From positions 1 to 39,515 of the IMG/VR virus record IMGVR_UViG_3300025502_000060: a stretch of 39,515 nt of DNA, one strand, 5' to 3'. The notes below the pieces were generated by a model. It was not told where the DNA came from, did not search any database, and saw only the letters and a list, made by a program, of their open reading frames with translations. Both the position numbers and the translations under genes were made by a program. Below are positions 17,595 through 27,001 of the stretch, piece after piece. How positions within the stretch are numbered: position 1 is the stretch's first letter; the number at the start of each line of letters is the position of its first letter. This stretch comes from a virus. Its lineage: Duplodnaviria; Caudoviricetes.

Positions 17595-18318
17595 TGAATT
17601 TCTCCTTGATTAATTTTGCGGCATCTTGATGTGCTTCTTCCAACGGATGACCTTCTGGTCCTACTTTATACTTATTTTCAACCGCCCATTGATAGAATCC
17701 TCTTGGTGCTATAGTTTCATTGGTTTCTTCGCCGGGTGGAAACCAATACCAATTATTCCATATAATTTGATTATACAATGCTTCTAGACAACTATCTTTT
17801 GACCTAAGATAGTTTTGGTGGGTGTAGTAACTGTTATCAGCAGTAGTAAACAAATAGGGAATATTCTTAGATTTAAGATATAATTGCAAAAATAATATTT
17901 CTTTTAAGGTCGAATATAATTCATAATATTCATTATCACCTACATGCTTATAGAACATTACGTTAAAGTCATTAATGAGATCAAAATTGCGTATGTTATC
18001 ACTAGTGGGGTAGTGGGGATGTATACTATACCATGGTGATGTTTCTTTAAGAGTGTTGTAATTAAATCTAAACTCATATCGTTGGGGGAATGTCCAATTT
18101 ACTATCACTGTTGGTTCTGTAACAGATTCACATGAGGTTATTATTGTTCTACTAATAGCATTATTAGCATTACCCGGATATGCGGCACAGATATATTCCA
18201 TATCTTGTGCTAACAATGCTGGAAAAGTTTTTCTGCTGTATCCATTGGGGCCTGAATGCAAACAATCTAAAAGTTCAAGCCCCCAAACAAAACTATCACC
18301 CCCTGCTACTAAAATCAT
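17569..18318 (-). CDS. SGNH/GDSL-like protein
   Basis: GGDSFVWG, A.PGNAN..I, WT...RYE, C-terminal GHPLEEAH. Confidence 0.8.
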   Translation of the reverse strand: MILVAGGDSFVWGLELLDCLHSGPNGYSRKTFPALLAQDMEYICAAYPGNANNAISRTIITSCESVTEPTVIVNWTFPQRYEFRFNYNTLKETSPWYSIHPHYPTSDNIRNFDLINDFNVMFYKHVGDNEYYELYSTLKEILFLQLYLKSKNIPYLFTTADNSYYTHQNYLRSKDSCLEALYNQIIWNNWYWFPPGEETNETIAPRGFYQWAVENKYKVGPEGHPLEEAHQDAAKLIKEKFNAMVKNVN

Positions 18319-19378
18319 ATCCTGGTATCATCCTATCGATCTGTTGTTGTTTATAGTCACTGTCTGCCCAGCAGTATTCAAAAGTATTTGACACTCCATC
18401 GACTTCAATCTTAACTATGTCAAGATATCTTCCTAATATTTCTCTTATCCTAATAGGGTCATGCGTACCAAATGCCCATGTGTCGATCATACCTAGTGGC
18501 AGATACCCTAAACTTAATGTTGGGTCCTTAGGATCTAAATTATTTTCAATTAACCACTCTTGAAAACTATCCTGTTCCTCATTGTGCCACGGAACTGATA
18601 AATCACCATAAACAACATCATTGCCCCAATCAATATCAAACTCACCTGAATAATATTGTAAATGATTAATGGCCTCACATGTGGTGTCGTCTAGTGTAGG
18701 AGCTCCTTCATCACGGAACACTTCAAATAAAGTTTTACCTATCTGGGTCCAATGCATATACACTCCGCCAAACTCTCTATCATACCCGTTCTCTAAGAAC
18801 AGTACTCTATGCTCATCTGACAATTCGTATCTTGGACACTGTAGGAACGTAGTTATTTGGCTACTGCGTACCCAATCGGGATCTTTATCATTCTTACGCA
18901 GGCTTAACATCAAACTCTCTAACTCATGACAGAGGATATTTAGTTGCCTTATAGCATATTTGGTATCATAATCTGCACGCTTATAATATTCACTAAGATT
19001 CTCTACAGTGCCTTGCAATCGTTCAAAGTGATTGTGTAGAGAATTCATTAGATCTTGATTGGGATCTAACCCTGTACGTAAAGTCTCAAGAGTGTATGGT
19101 TCTTCTATATTGTAGTCATTGAAAAATTGGTTAATAGTTGTTACTGCTAGATTTAATTCCTTGCAGAGATAGGTCATGTCGCGGGTGGTATCGGGAAATC
19201 CTAAAAAACAAAAATTCTTTTCCAGGTGATTGCCATTAAGTAGTATGCCCTTAAGAGCCTGCATCCAATCATGTGCTATAGGGTTATCAAACACCAGGAT
19301 GTCATAGCTTAATTGATCATTGTGATCTATTGGATTTCTTAGTGTAACTGTAACTTTAGATTGATTGATACCAAGCAT
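18296..19378 (-). CDS. hypothetical protein of the modification cluster (LH..FE / LN..CH..E / GK motif family)
   Basis: 360-aa ORF overlapping both neighbours; similar to 20671-21462. Confidence 0.75.
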   Translation of the reverse strand: MLGINQSKVTVTLRNPIDHNDQLSYDILVFDNPIAHDWMQALKGILLNGNHLEKNFCFLGFPDTTRDMTYLCKELNLAVTTINQFFNDYNIEEPYTLETLRTGLDPNQDLMNSLHNHFERLQGTVENLSEYYKRADYDTKYAIRQLNILCHELESLMLSLRKNDKDPDWVRSSQITTFLQCPRYELSDEHRVLFLENGYDREFGGVYMHWTQIGKTLFEVFRDEGAPTLDDTTCEAINHLQYYSGEFDIDWGNDVVYGDLSVPWHNEEQDSFQEWLIENNLDPKDPTLSLGYLPLGMIDTWAFGTHDPIRIREILGRYLDIVKIEVDGVSNTFEYCWADSDYKQQQIDRMIPGYDFSSRG

Positions 19379-20678
19379 GTATATCTTTCCTTGATTCTAA
19401 TATATTTGATAGTGTAAACGTATCTTTACGTATACTCTCTAATTGTAACACACGTTGCTTACCTTTTGCAAGAGCGTCGACATATTCATTAGGCCATTGC
19501 TCATCAAAGGTTGGTCGAGTTTTAAGTTGAATTAACATATCTCTCAATGTAGGATTTACTAACCTAGATGTAAAGTGTTTGTTATCTAGTATATCGTCAA
19601 TCCAAGGGTGGAGTATATGTTTTGGTAATGCTAGGGGACTAAGGATGATATCTGGGCTAAAGCTAAACACTACTTTAGCCAGGATATCTACATCTAACAT
19701 GATTGCTAGATTATCAATATTTCGAACTTCAAACATACCTGGTAAGGTAAGCGTAAAGTCTATTCTCATCTGCCGACGGTGTGTAGCGAGTCTAAGACCT
19801 TCCTTAAAGTTGTCAAGCCACGTTTTATAGCTGAGACCTGTACGGATATATTCTCCAATTGGTCCCGTACCATCAAGGCTTGCACATATTTGCCAGTCAC
19901 GTAACCTAGATAGAATATCATTATAAAGATTGACACCGCGATAATTGGTGCGGCTAAGATTGGTATTATATCTTGCGTAAACATTTTGGCCATCTCCTAA
20001 ATCAATGATACGTTTCATGTATCTCCAATGTTGATCGTACATTAAAGGCTCACCGCCTACCCAATATACTTCTTCAATTTGATGAGCCTCAACTGCTTCT
20101 GAGAACTCTCGCTCAATTTGAGTTGATTGAAAATTCGATATCTGATCTCGGATTGCTGGAACCATCCAGTTGTTCTTTGGATCAGACCAGTTAATCGTAT
20201 TATGCTGTCTTTGTTCTGACTCCCAACTACTAGACAACATATCACCACACATGCGACACTTAAAATTACAGAGATTACTGAAACGGTAGTCCCAACTTAC
20301 AGGCTTCATTGTGGTGTGGCCTGTATCATCTGTAGTGTCCCATATCCTACTAAAATATTTATCACTGAACATGCTATCAAAATATGTACGGTAAACATCA
20401 GTGTTCAATAACTGGTCATTACATACTTCACATTCAGGTAGGGTTTCACCTGCCATCATACGCTTACGCACACTTTTCATATGATCACTATTCCAATGCT
20501 CGTCTAGTGTTATTGGAATATACTTACCAGTGCCCGCTTTGGTATCTATGTACTGTTTAAAATTCTGTGCAGGTTCTCGAGATGCACAGCACATACGTCT
20601 CTCAGTTTGTGGTGATAGGTAAGTATGAGTCCACGGAGCCATACATAATGTTGTTGGTCTGTTTGTTGGTTTATTCAC
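19356..20678 (-). CDS. radical SAM protein with N-terminal twitch-like domain
   Basis: CMAPW...CC, CEVC, RFSNLCNFKCRMC, GGEP, NTN, SLDG, EYIR.G. Confidence 0.9.
   Translation of the reverse strand: MNKPTNRPTTLCMAPWTHTYLSPQTERRMCCASREPAQNFKQYIDTKAGTGKYIPITLDEHWNSDHMKSVRKRMMAGETLPECEVCNDQLLNTDVYRTYFDSMFSDKYFSRIWDTTDDTGHTTMKPVSWDYRFSNLCNFKCRMCGDMLSSSWESEQRQHNTINWSDPKNNWMVPAIRDQISNFQSTQIEREFSEAVEAHQIEEVYWVGGEPLMYDQHWRYMKRIIDLGDGQNVYARYNTNLSRTNYRGVNLYNDILSRLRDWQICASLDGTGPIGEYIRTGLSYKTWLDNFKEGLRLATHRRQMRIDFTLTLPGMFEVRNIDNLAIMLDVDILAKVVFSFSPDIILSPLALPKHILHPWIDDILDNKHFTSRLVNPTLRDMLIQLKTRPTFDEQWPNEYVDALAKGKQRVLQLESIRKDTFTLSNILESRKDIHAWYQSI
20654..20674. repeat. 21-bp direct repeat, copy 1
   Basis: TTGGTCTGTTTGTTGGTTTAT, identical to 21490-21510. 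Confidence 0.9.
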
Positions 20679-21462
20679 TAAAATCTAGCCACTCCAACTC
20701 AAGCACAGGTGCAGACATAACCTGTAGATAATCATTTAAGTTTACAACTTTCCCCACTAATGGGTATCCAATATAATGTTTAATTTTATCAACTCCGTGC
20801 AATGCTATAAAAGCAGGATCATGTTTTGCTATAGTATCTATTAGTAAATCACTGCCGGTAAATTTTTTAAAATCATTTAGAACAATATTAATCCCAGGTC
20901 TAACAAAATCATGGAATTTGCATGTTTGTGATATATTAGTAAAATCCTGTTCTAAATATAATTGCAACGGGCCGTGCCCTACCCATGGATTTTGTAATTT
21001 AACATCTCCAGGTTGCATACTCAAACTAAATTCATAATCATAGTCCAAAGAAAATCCATTATCATTAAACCATTCAATCTGTATCCATCCTATTCTAGTT
21101 GTATGTTGCTGTCCGTCTTGAATTTGATGTAAACAAAAGTGTAGTTCATGCACTAGGTCATCATATTCTTTAGGAATAGATTTGAATCCATCACAGAGCA
21201 ATTCCTCAATGTTTTTGTGTAGTAAAGCCGTAGTTTCTATAGTGTAAATATCTCTTACCCAATCCCATCCTAATACTTTTTTCGCCCGTTGAGCTAATAT
21301 ATTCATATAATTAAGATTATATTTTAACACATCTCTATAAATTGGAAACTGTTTAAGATAGTTAGCTTTAACTAAATTAACATACCGGTGCCCAACAGTA
21401 GTATCATTGATAGATAATTTTATTACTGGTTGGTTTAGAAATTTAACTAATATAGTTGACAT
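20671..21462 (-). CDS. hypothetical protein, distant paralog of 18296-19378
   Basis: LLHKNIE, LHFCLHQIQ and GDVKL..PWVGH correspond to LHNHFE, LNILCHELE and GGVYMHWTQIGK. Confidence 0.7.
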   Translation of the reverse strand: MSTILVKFLNQPVIKLSINDTTVGHRYVNLVKANYLKQFPIYRDVLKYNLNYMNILAQRAKKVLGWDWVRDIYTIETTALLHKNIEELLCDGFKSIPKEYDDLVHELHFCLHQIQDGQQHTTRIGWIQIEWFNDNGFSLDYDYEFSLSMQPGDVKLQNPWVGHGPLQLYLEQDFTNISQTCKFHDFVRPGINIVLNDFKKFTGSDLLIDTIAKHDPAFIALHGVDKIKHYIGYPLVGKVVNLNDYLQVMSAPVLELEWLDFSE

Positions 21463-21489
21463 TATACTTTACTCGTATCTGGTCTGTTT

Positions 21490-21510
21490 TTGGTCTGTTT
21501 GTTGGTTTAT
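21490..21510. repeat. 21-bp direct repeat, copy 2 (relic radical SAM start MDKPTNRP)
   Basis: Identical to 20654-20674; extra tandem TGGTCTGTTT at 21480-21489. Confidence 0.9.
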
Positions 21511-22013
21511 CCATGTGACAAAGGAAAATCTGTATTGTTTGTAAATATATCTGCTACCCATTGGCGCCATTTAGGTGCATAGTGGTGTCCTAATTTACTC
21601 AATGGCCATTGATCAGCGTGATCAATATGCGGAATTAGATCGTATAGTGTCATCATATTAAGTGTTATATCCTTGCATAAGTCACACACTATAGTTACCT
21701 GTTTATTAAAATTTTCATGTAACCATTGTTCTGGATGGCTTTCCATAAAAAGTATTCTATCATCGTCAGTTGAGATTGACTGCACCCACTCCTCATTTTT
21801 AAAGTATTCAAATCTTGTCCAGTCCGGCCAAAGTATATAAACAATTTTAGGAGTTTCTTTTTCTAATATAACTGGCAAGGTTCTAGCAACTAAATCACTA
21901 CTACAGCTAGGAACTCCATAATTAGTTGCACCAAGTAAATGTGGCCAGGCTTCGTCTCTTTCTACTCCAACACCATACGTATGACTGCATCCTAACGCAA
22001 TTTGTTTACTCAT
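21507..22013 (-). CDS. SGNH-like protein
   Basis: GCSHTYGVG...WP, NYGV...S.D, LWP...RFE, C-terminal GHHY. Confidence 0.75.
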   Translation of the reverse strand: MSKQIALGCSHTYGVGVERDEAWPHLLGATNYGVPSCSSDLVARTLPVILEKETPKIVYILWPDWTRFEYFKNEEWVQSISTDDDRILFMESHPEQWLHENFNKQVTIVCDLCKDITLNMMTLYDLIPHIDHADQWPLSKLGHHYAPKWRQWVADIFTNNTDFPLSHG

Positions 22014-23223
22014 ATCCCATTGCCTCAGCTATTTGTTGATGTGTAGTTAAAAAACTTTCTTTTCTATAATCATCAGTCATTGACATCTGTTCTAAAAACT
22101 TACTGCCGTCACTCCCTTTACCATTTTCAATGAACTTAATAATACGTATGATTTCCATTTTATGTTTAGGACTAAATTCATAGTTAGTTAGTCTATTAAT
22201 AACTAATTTTTGTGCTTTTGCAGTCATCTTACTGATACACATGTGCCAGGGATCGTGTAACATGTTAAAGAATATATAATCAAATGATTGTGTATCTATC
22301 CATTCACATAGCTCCGGCAGATAGTAGACATTTTGTACATTAGCAGTCCAACACAATTGCGTAGACAATTTACTATTACGCATTGCATTAAACTTAGCAA
22401 TATTTTCTTGTACTTTGTACCATTTAGCACCGTAGCGTTCATACTCAAATCGTTCGTTAGTATTGTCAATACTAAATGCTATTTCAACATGTTTAAAGTG
22501 TTGCCATAGATCTCTATCTTTTGGAAACTGTGTGCCATTAGTGTTATAATGTATTTCAATATGTTCTGCATGTCCGGTGTGTACTGCTGTTTTTAGGAAG
22601 TCAAAATGTTGTTGTATTAAGAATGGTTCACCACCAGTGAACTCTAAGTACTTAATGTTAGGTAACAGTGCATTCATGTTTGTCCAAAAATCAATTGTCT
22701 CTCGAGGCCATGCGCCATCTTTAAGATATGTAAATGCAAGATGCTCTTTCCTCGTATAATTTGGATCACTCTTCCATATCTTGTCAACATAAGCTACCTC
22801 TTCCTGCACCCATTTTGAGCTTGACCAGGATCCACATATACGACATTTTAGATTACAGATGTTCCCTAATTTTAGATCCAAAAACCAAAGTTGATCTGGG
22901 TCAGTATTTTTAAAGTCAATCTTGTTGTAGTGTTCTTTTAGGCGTATGCGGCTGTTGATTCGTTTGCTGGTGCGGCCTGCGGCTTCTTCGTCCCAACAGC
23001 GTTGGCACGTCTCTGGTTTATTTCCTGCGAGAAAATCCTTACGCAGATCCTGCATATATTGGCTATGATAGATCTCTTCTAATGTATTTTCTTTTAATTT
23101 GTATTTTGTGCCATCGGGTTTGACTATTTCGTCTTTAGCTAGGCAACACGGACGTGCAGTGCCGATTGGTGAGGTTTCAATACTGATCCACGGTAACACA
23201 CATATCTTGTTAGGCAGAGACAT
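22006..23223 (-). CDS. radical SAM protein with N-terminal twitch-like domain
   Basis: CVLPW...G..RPCC, CQRCW.EE..G..SKR, LGNICNLKCRIC, GGEP, NTNG. Confidence 0.92.
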   Translation of the reverse strand: MSLPNKICVLPWISIETSPIGTARPCCLAKDEIVKPDGTKYKLKENTLEEIYHSQYMQDLRKDFLAGNKPETCQRCWDEEAAGRTSKRINSRIRLKEHYNKIDFKNTDPDQLWFLDLKLGNICNLKCRICGSWSSSKWVQEEVAYVDKIWKSDPNYTRKEHLAFTYLKDGAWPRETIDFWTNMNALLPNIKYLEFTGGEPFLIQQHFDFLKTAVHTGHAEHIEIHYNTNGTQFPKDRDLWQHFKHVEIAFSIDNTNERFEYERYGAKWYKVQENIAKFNAMRNSKLSTQLCWTANVQNVYYLPELCEWIDTQSFDYIFFNMLHDPWHMCISKMTAKAQKLVINRLTNYEFSPKHKMEIIRIIKFIENGKGSDGSKFLEQMSMTDDYRKESFLTTHQQIAEAMGYE

Positions 23224-24526
23224 ATGATCTTAACTCCTTGTATTCAGGAAATACATCTTCAAACTTTTCTTTCCTATAAGCATCAGTGATGTCATTGACT
23301 CTAAAAAACTCACCAAGTAGATCTAACTTGTCATCATTGATGAAATTTAGTATTGCGTCATACCCTGATGTAGCACGTTGTAAATTGTCCAATGGTCGTA
23401 ACCATTCAAGATGTTCTAAGACTTTAGTTCTAACTAAATCTTTGTAGTATTTAGGTAGTACATCAATCCTGTCTCTTTCCGGACTTTGCAGTATATTAAT
23501 GTTCAAATCAGCTGGGTTTAAGAGGCCACGGTCAACCCAATCGCGATGAAAGTCTGTTATATGAAGTACATTAAATATGCTCACCGTTGGACTAACATAG
23601 AAATCCGTATCAGGACATTTTTCCATCATCCTTTCTCTATTACGCACTATCTGGTCCCATTTGGTTCCCTTACGTATGTATTCTGCTCTTGCTCCCATAC
23701 CATCTAAGCTAGCACCAATGCTAACGTTGTTAAACAACTTCCAGTAGTCTAATACATCTTCGTCTTTTAAATTTAGTCTTGAGAAGTTTGTGTTGTATAT
23801 TATCTTAACATCAAACATTTCACGTTTAACTAATTCTTTAAGTATGCGATAGTGTTCTTCCATTATCAATGGTTCTCCACCGGCAAAGTAGATCTGTTCT
23901 AGGTACGGAATATGTTCTTGCATCTGGTTCCACATGTCCATCTCATCTCTACCAGCAAATAGTATCTGTGGATAATTCCGAGGGCCAAATGTCTCTACTT
24001 CTTCCTGGTACCAACTTGAGCTAAACCAACCACCACATGTGCGACAGCTAAAATTGCACAAATTACTAAAACGTACATCATAATATCGCAGTTTGAAATC
24101 TTCATATGTGCCATCAGATTTGGTGTCATCTACTAATGCGATGTGCTGACCAAAGTTCTTATTTGTTGAATTCCGCATACTAACAAAACCATTTTCCTCT
24201 TGTTCGTAACAGCGTGTACATTCCTTACAACTTTTCCCTTCAAGCATATTTTTACGCATTTGCTTATAAGGAGTACCATTCCAAATCTCTTTCATTGTGT
24301 GTTCTTTGAAGTTACCGATTGGATGTTTATCTTCACCGAGACAACAAGGATAGGCGCGGCCGTCTGGAAAGGCATGCATGTGTATCCACGGAATCATACA
24401 GAATGTATCGCTCTTTACGAGCCTATCCATTTGATCAGGGCGTAGATCTTTTTCACTTATGTAAACAGGTTTACGTGCGTGATAGTTATGATTCTTATAA
24501 TATTCGTCTGTCTTTTTATCACTCAT
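23210..24526 (-). CDS. radical SAM protein with N-terminal twitch-like domain
   Basis: FCMIPW...DG..YPCC, CTRCY..E..G..SMR, RFSNLCNFSCRTC, AGGEP, SLDG. Confidence 0.92.
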   Translation of the reverse strand: MSDKKTDEYYKNHNYHARKPVYISEKDLRPDQMDRLVKSDTFCMIPWIHMHAFPDGRAYPCCLGEDKHPIGNFKEHTMKEIWNGTPYKQMRKNMLEGKSCKECTRCYEQEENGFVSMRNSTNKNFGQHIALVDDTKSDGTYEDFKLRYYDVRFSNLCNFSCRTCGGWFSSSWYQEEVETFGPRNYPQILFAGRDEMDMWNQMQEHIPYLEQIYFAGGEPLIMEEHYRILKELVKREMFDVKIIYNTNFSRLNLKDEDVLDYWKLFNNVSIGASLDGMGARAEYIRKGTKWDQIVRNRERMMEKCPDTDFYVSPTVSIFNVLHITDFHRDWVDRGLLNPADLNINILQSPERDRIDVLPKYYKDLVRTKVLEHLEWLRPLDNLQRATSGYDAILNFINDDKLDLLGEFFRVNDITDAYRKEKFEDVFPEYKELRSYVSA

Positions 24527-25878
24527 AGTGTATTATACCATTCTGTTAATTCTGGAAATGTTTCTCTAAATTTCTTTCCTCTACGCAGATCATACTGACG
24601 ATAAAACTGTTTAAAGTCGTGTTGTAATGTTGCTATCTCATCAGCACCCGCATGCGGGGTCTTAACTATGTCTAGGTAATCAATCAATCGTTCAACGTGT
24701 CGCACTTCGTATTCGTGTAATGTTAGATCACTTCCGTTTGCATCTAACCAGGACCGCAACTTGTCCTTGTACTGAATCCTAATATTGTCGGGCAATACTA
24801 TCGCACTTTGAAAACTAGGAAAGCGTAGTATATTTAAACTAAAACTAAGACTAAATTTACCGTGCTTGTGCTTTAAGGTCATCAAATAGTCTAATAGATC
24901 AGTGATGCTATCTAAGCAAAGACTATTAATAGTAAACATCACATGCACTATCTTGACTGTACTGGCATCCATAAGTGTTTCAATATTTTTACACCATTGT
25001 GTGTAGTCTAACCCGTCACGAATATATTCAGACTGTGCACCAACACTCTCATTGCTAGTATAAACTTCCATATGTGGAAGTGTTTCTATAGCAGTTATAA
25101 ATTCAGTAAGACGAACGTTGTTAATTGCTAGGTTAGTATTAATTGCCAATTTAGTAGTACTTCGCCCTTGATTAGTTTTAAACCATTCAATTAACTTCCA
25201 GGTGTGTCCACTCATCAATGGTTCACCACCTGTAATACGTAACTCAGTTAAAGTTTTGTGGAGGTCCGTTTCCCACCATTTGAAGAAGGCTTCGACATAG
25301 GGATTAACATCATTAAGTTTATAAAGCTGACTGCTATCATGCTCGTGAGTAAAATGATTTCTACCATCCGAAACCAAGTCGGTATATGCCCCGTTAGTAC
25401 GTACATCTCTAACCCAACTACTACTAAAAGCAGGATTACAGTAAGAGCAAGCCAACTGACAAGTCCTATCAAATGCAATCTCCAAGGTTTGTAGGTTAAA
25501 ATCTTGTTGCCAATCAGTAGTGAAAGCTTCATCTATTTTTTTGTCCTCATATATAACTGTTTTATAAACACGGTCTGATATCGCATCAGTCCCCATATCC
25601 TCTATTTTCCAACAGTACTCACAACCACTAGGGCGTTCGCCTACTTGCATCTGTCTACGCTGTTCTTTCTTTTCAAGTGTATTGTGTAACGCACTTGGGT
25701 TAGTTTTAATTGCTTCAACATCAATGGCATGTGGTAAAGGATGATGGCATGATGTTGTTTGTCCACTACCTAACCATATGGTAGCATTGTACCACTTGGC
25801 CGCACAGAAGCTGTCAGACTTGATGTCAATTACTCTACGTTTATATTCTAAGTCTGTTTCGTTACGTATTTTTGGCAT
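24523..25878 (-). CDS. radical SAM protein with N-terminal twitch-like domain
   Basis: FCAAKW...SCHH, CEYCW..E...SDR, CQLACSYC, TGGEP, NTN. Confidence 0.9.
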   Translation of the reverse strand: MPKIRNETDLEYKRRVIDIKSDSFCAAKWYNATIWLGSGQTTSCHHPLPHAIDVEAIKTNPSALHNTLEKKEQRRQMQVGERPSGCEYCWKIEDMGTDAISDRVYKTVIYEDKKIDEAFTTDWQQDFNLQTLEIAFDRTCQLACSYCNPAFSSSWVRDVRTNGAYTDLVSDGRNHFTHEHDSSQLYKLNDVNPYVEAFFKWWETDLHKTLTELRITGGEPLMSGHTWKLIEWFKTNQGRSTTKLAINTNLAINNVRLTEFITAIETLPHMEVYTSNESVGAQSEYIRDGLDYTQWCKNIETLMDASTVKIVHVMFTINSLCLDSITDLLDYLMTLKHKHGKFSLSFSLNILRFPSFQSAIVLPDNIRIQYKDKLRSWLDANGSDLTLHEYEVRHVERLIDYLDIVKTPHAGADEIATLQHDFKQFYRQYDLRRGKKFRETFPELTEWYNTL

Positions 25879-27001
25879 TTAAAAACTCTTTTGGTATATC
25901 TATATGTTTACGCTTAGAAAACTCTGATAAAAATTCCATTAATTCTAAGTACAATTTTTCATCGTACCGACTATCAGTTAACACATTAAGCACCGATTCT
26001 GAATTAACTGTATATGGAAGTAAATTTAATCTAGCGACGATTGGCTTATACAGTTCTCTGTGTCGTGTTGATAGTGTATTAAAGTTCTGTATCTTTGGGC
26101 TAACACAATAGCTTAATCGCCACGACATTTTTTTGTTTCTCTTATAGTATTCAGCCATTAATAGTTCGATATTCTCTATATCATGTATGGTCAGACTTGA
26201 CAGCAATGTTAGGAATCTAATTTCTATATTATCAGGACAGTTAGATAGTAGGTAATCTATATTGTTGATTATTTTACTATAGTCCATCCCATATCTTGTA
26301 AATTCAGCAATAGTCCCAGTTGCATCTAGACTAATACCTAGTCTAATAGATTTATATTTTTTACTTCTCTCAATTATATTGTCAATTGTGCGTTGCTCGC
26401 AACTAAAATTAGTTGTTATATGTAGGTTTTTTATATTATCCAATTCATCTAACATCTTAAAGAGTTTTTTGTTTAATAAAGGTTCTCCGCCTATTACATT
26501 TAACACATCCAGAGTCTTGTAGCTCTTAAGGAATGTTAAGTTAGAGACAGTATTATCATTCTGTTTAGTGTTTAATCTAAAATGTTGTATGTCTGTCCTA
26601 AACTTAATAGGATTTTTGCGCATCTCGCTATCCCATTTGCTACTAAAGTGTGGACTACAATATGTACATTGGAAATTACACTCATTTCCCAAATTTACTT
26701 CAACGATGCTAGGTGCGATCTGATTTGTCTTGTATTGTTCAAATCTATCTTCGTTAAAATTTTCTAAATATCCATGCCTATCACTATGTCCGCCATTATT
26801 TTCTACCTTCCAACAGTAATCACAACTAGGATCTTGTACTTCACTTAACAAATTTCTTTTCTGGTCGTTCATTTGGTCGTCCCAAGAGGTTTTAAACACT
26901 ATAGGAGTTGCCTTACAGCAACCATACGCCCAATTATAGTTAAAGTTTAAATGTAGTTCATCCCATTTTGCCGGACAGAATGTGCTAGGTATTTTCGGCA
27001 T
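25862..27001 (-). CDS. radical SAM protein with N-terminal twitch-like domain
   Basis: FCPAKW...GCC, CDYCW..E..G..SDR, CNFQCTYC, GGEP, TTN, SLD. Confidence 0.9.
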   Translation of the reverse strand: MPKIPSTFCPAKWDELHLNFNYNWAYGCCKATPIVFKTSWDDQMNDQKRNLLSEVQDPSCDYCWKVENNGGHSDRHGYLENFNEDRFEQYKTNQIAPSIVEVNLGNECNFQCTYCSPHFSSKWDSEMRKNPIKFRTDIQHFRLNTKQNDNTVSNLTFLKSYKTLDVLNVIGGEPLLNKKLFKMLDELDNIKNLHITTNFSCEQRTIDNIIERSKKYKSIRLGISLDATGTIAEFTRYGMDYSKIINNIDYLLSNCPDNIEIRFLTLLSSLTIHDIENIELLMAEYYKRNKKMSWRLSYCVSPKIQNFNTLSTRHRELYKPIVARLNLLPYTVNSESVLNVLTDSRYDEKLYLELMEFLSEFSKRKHIDIPKEFLNAKNT

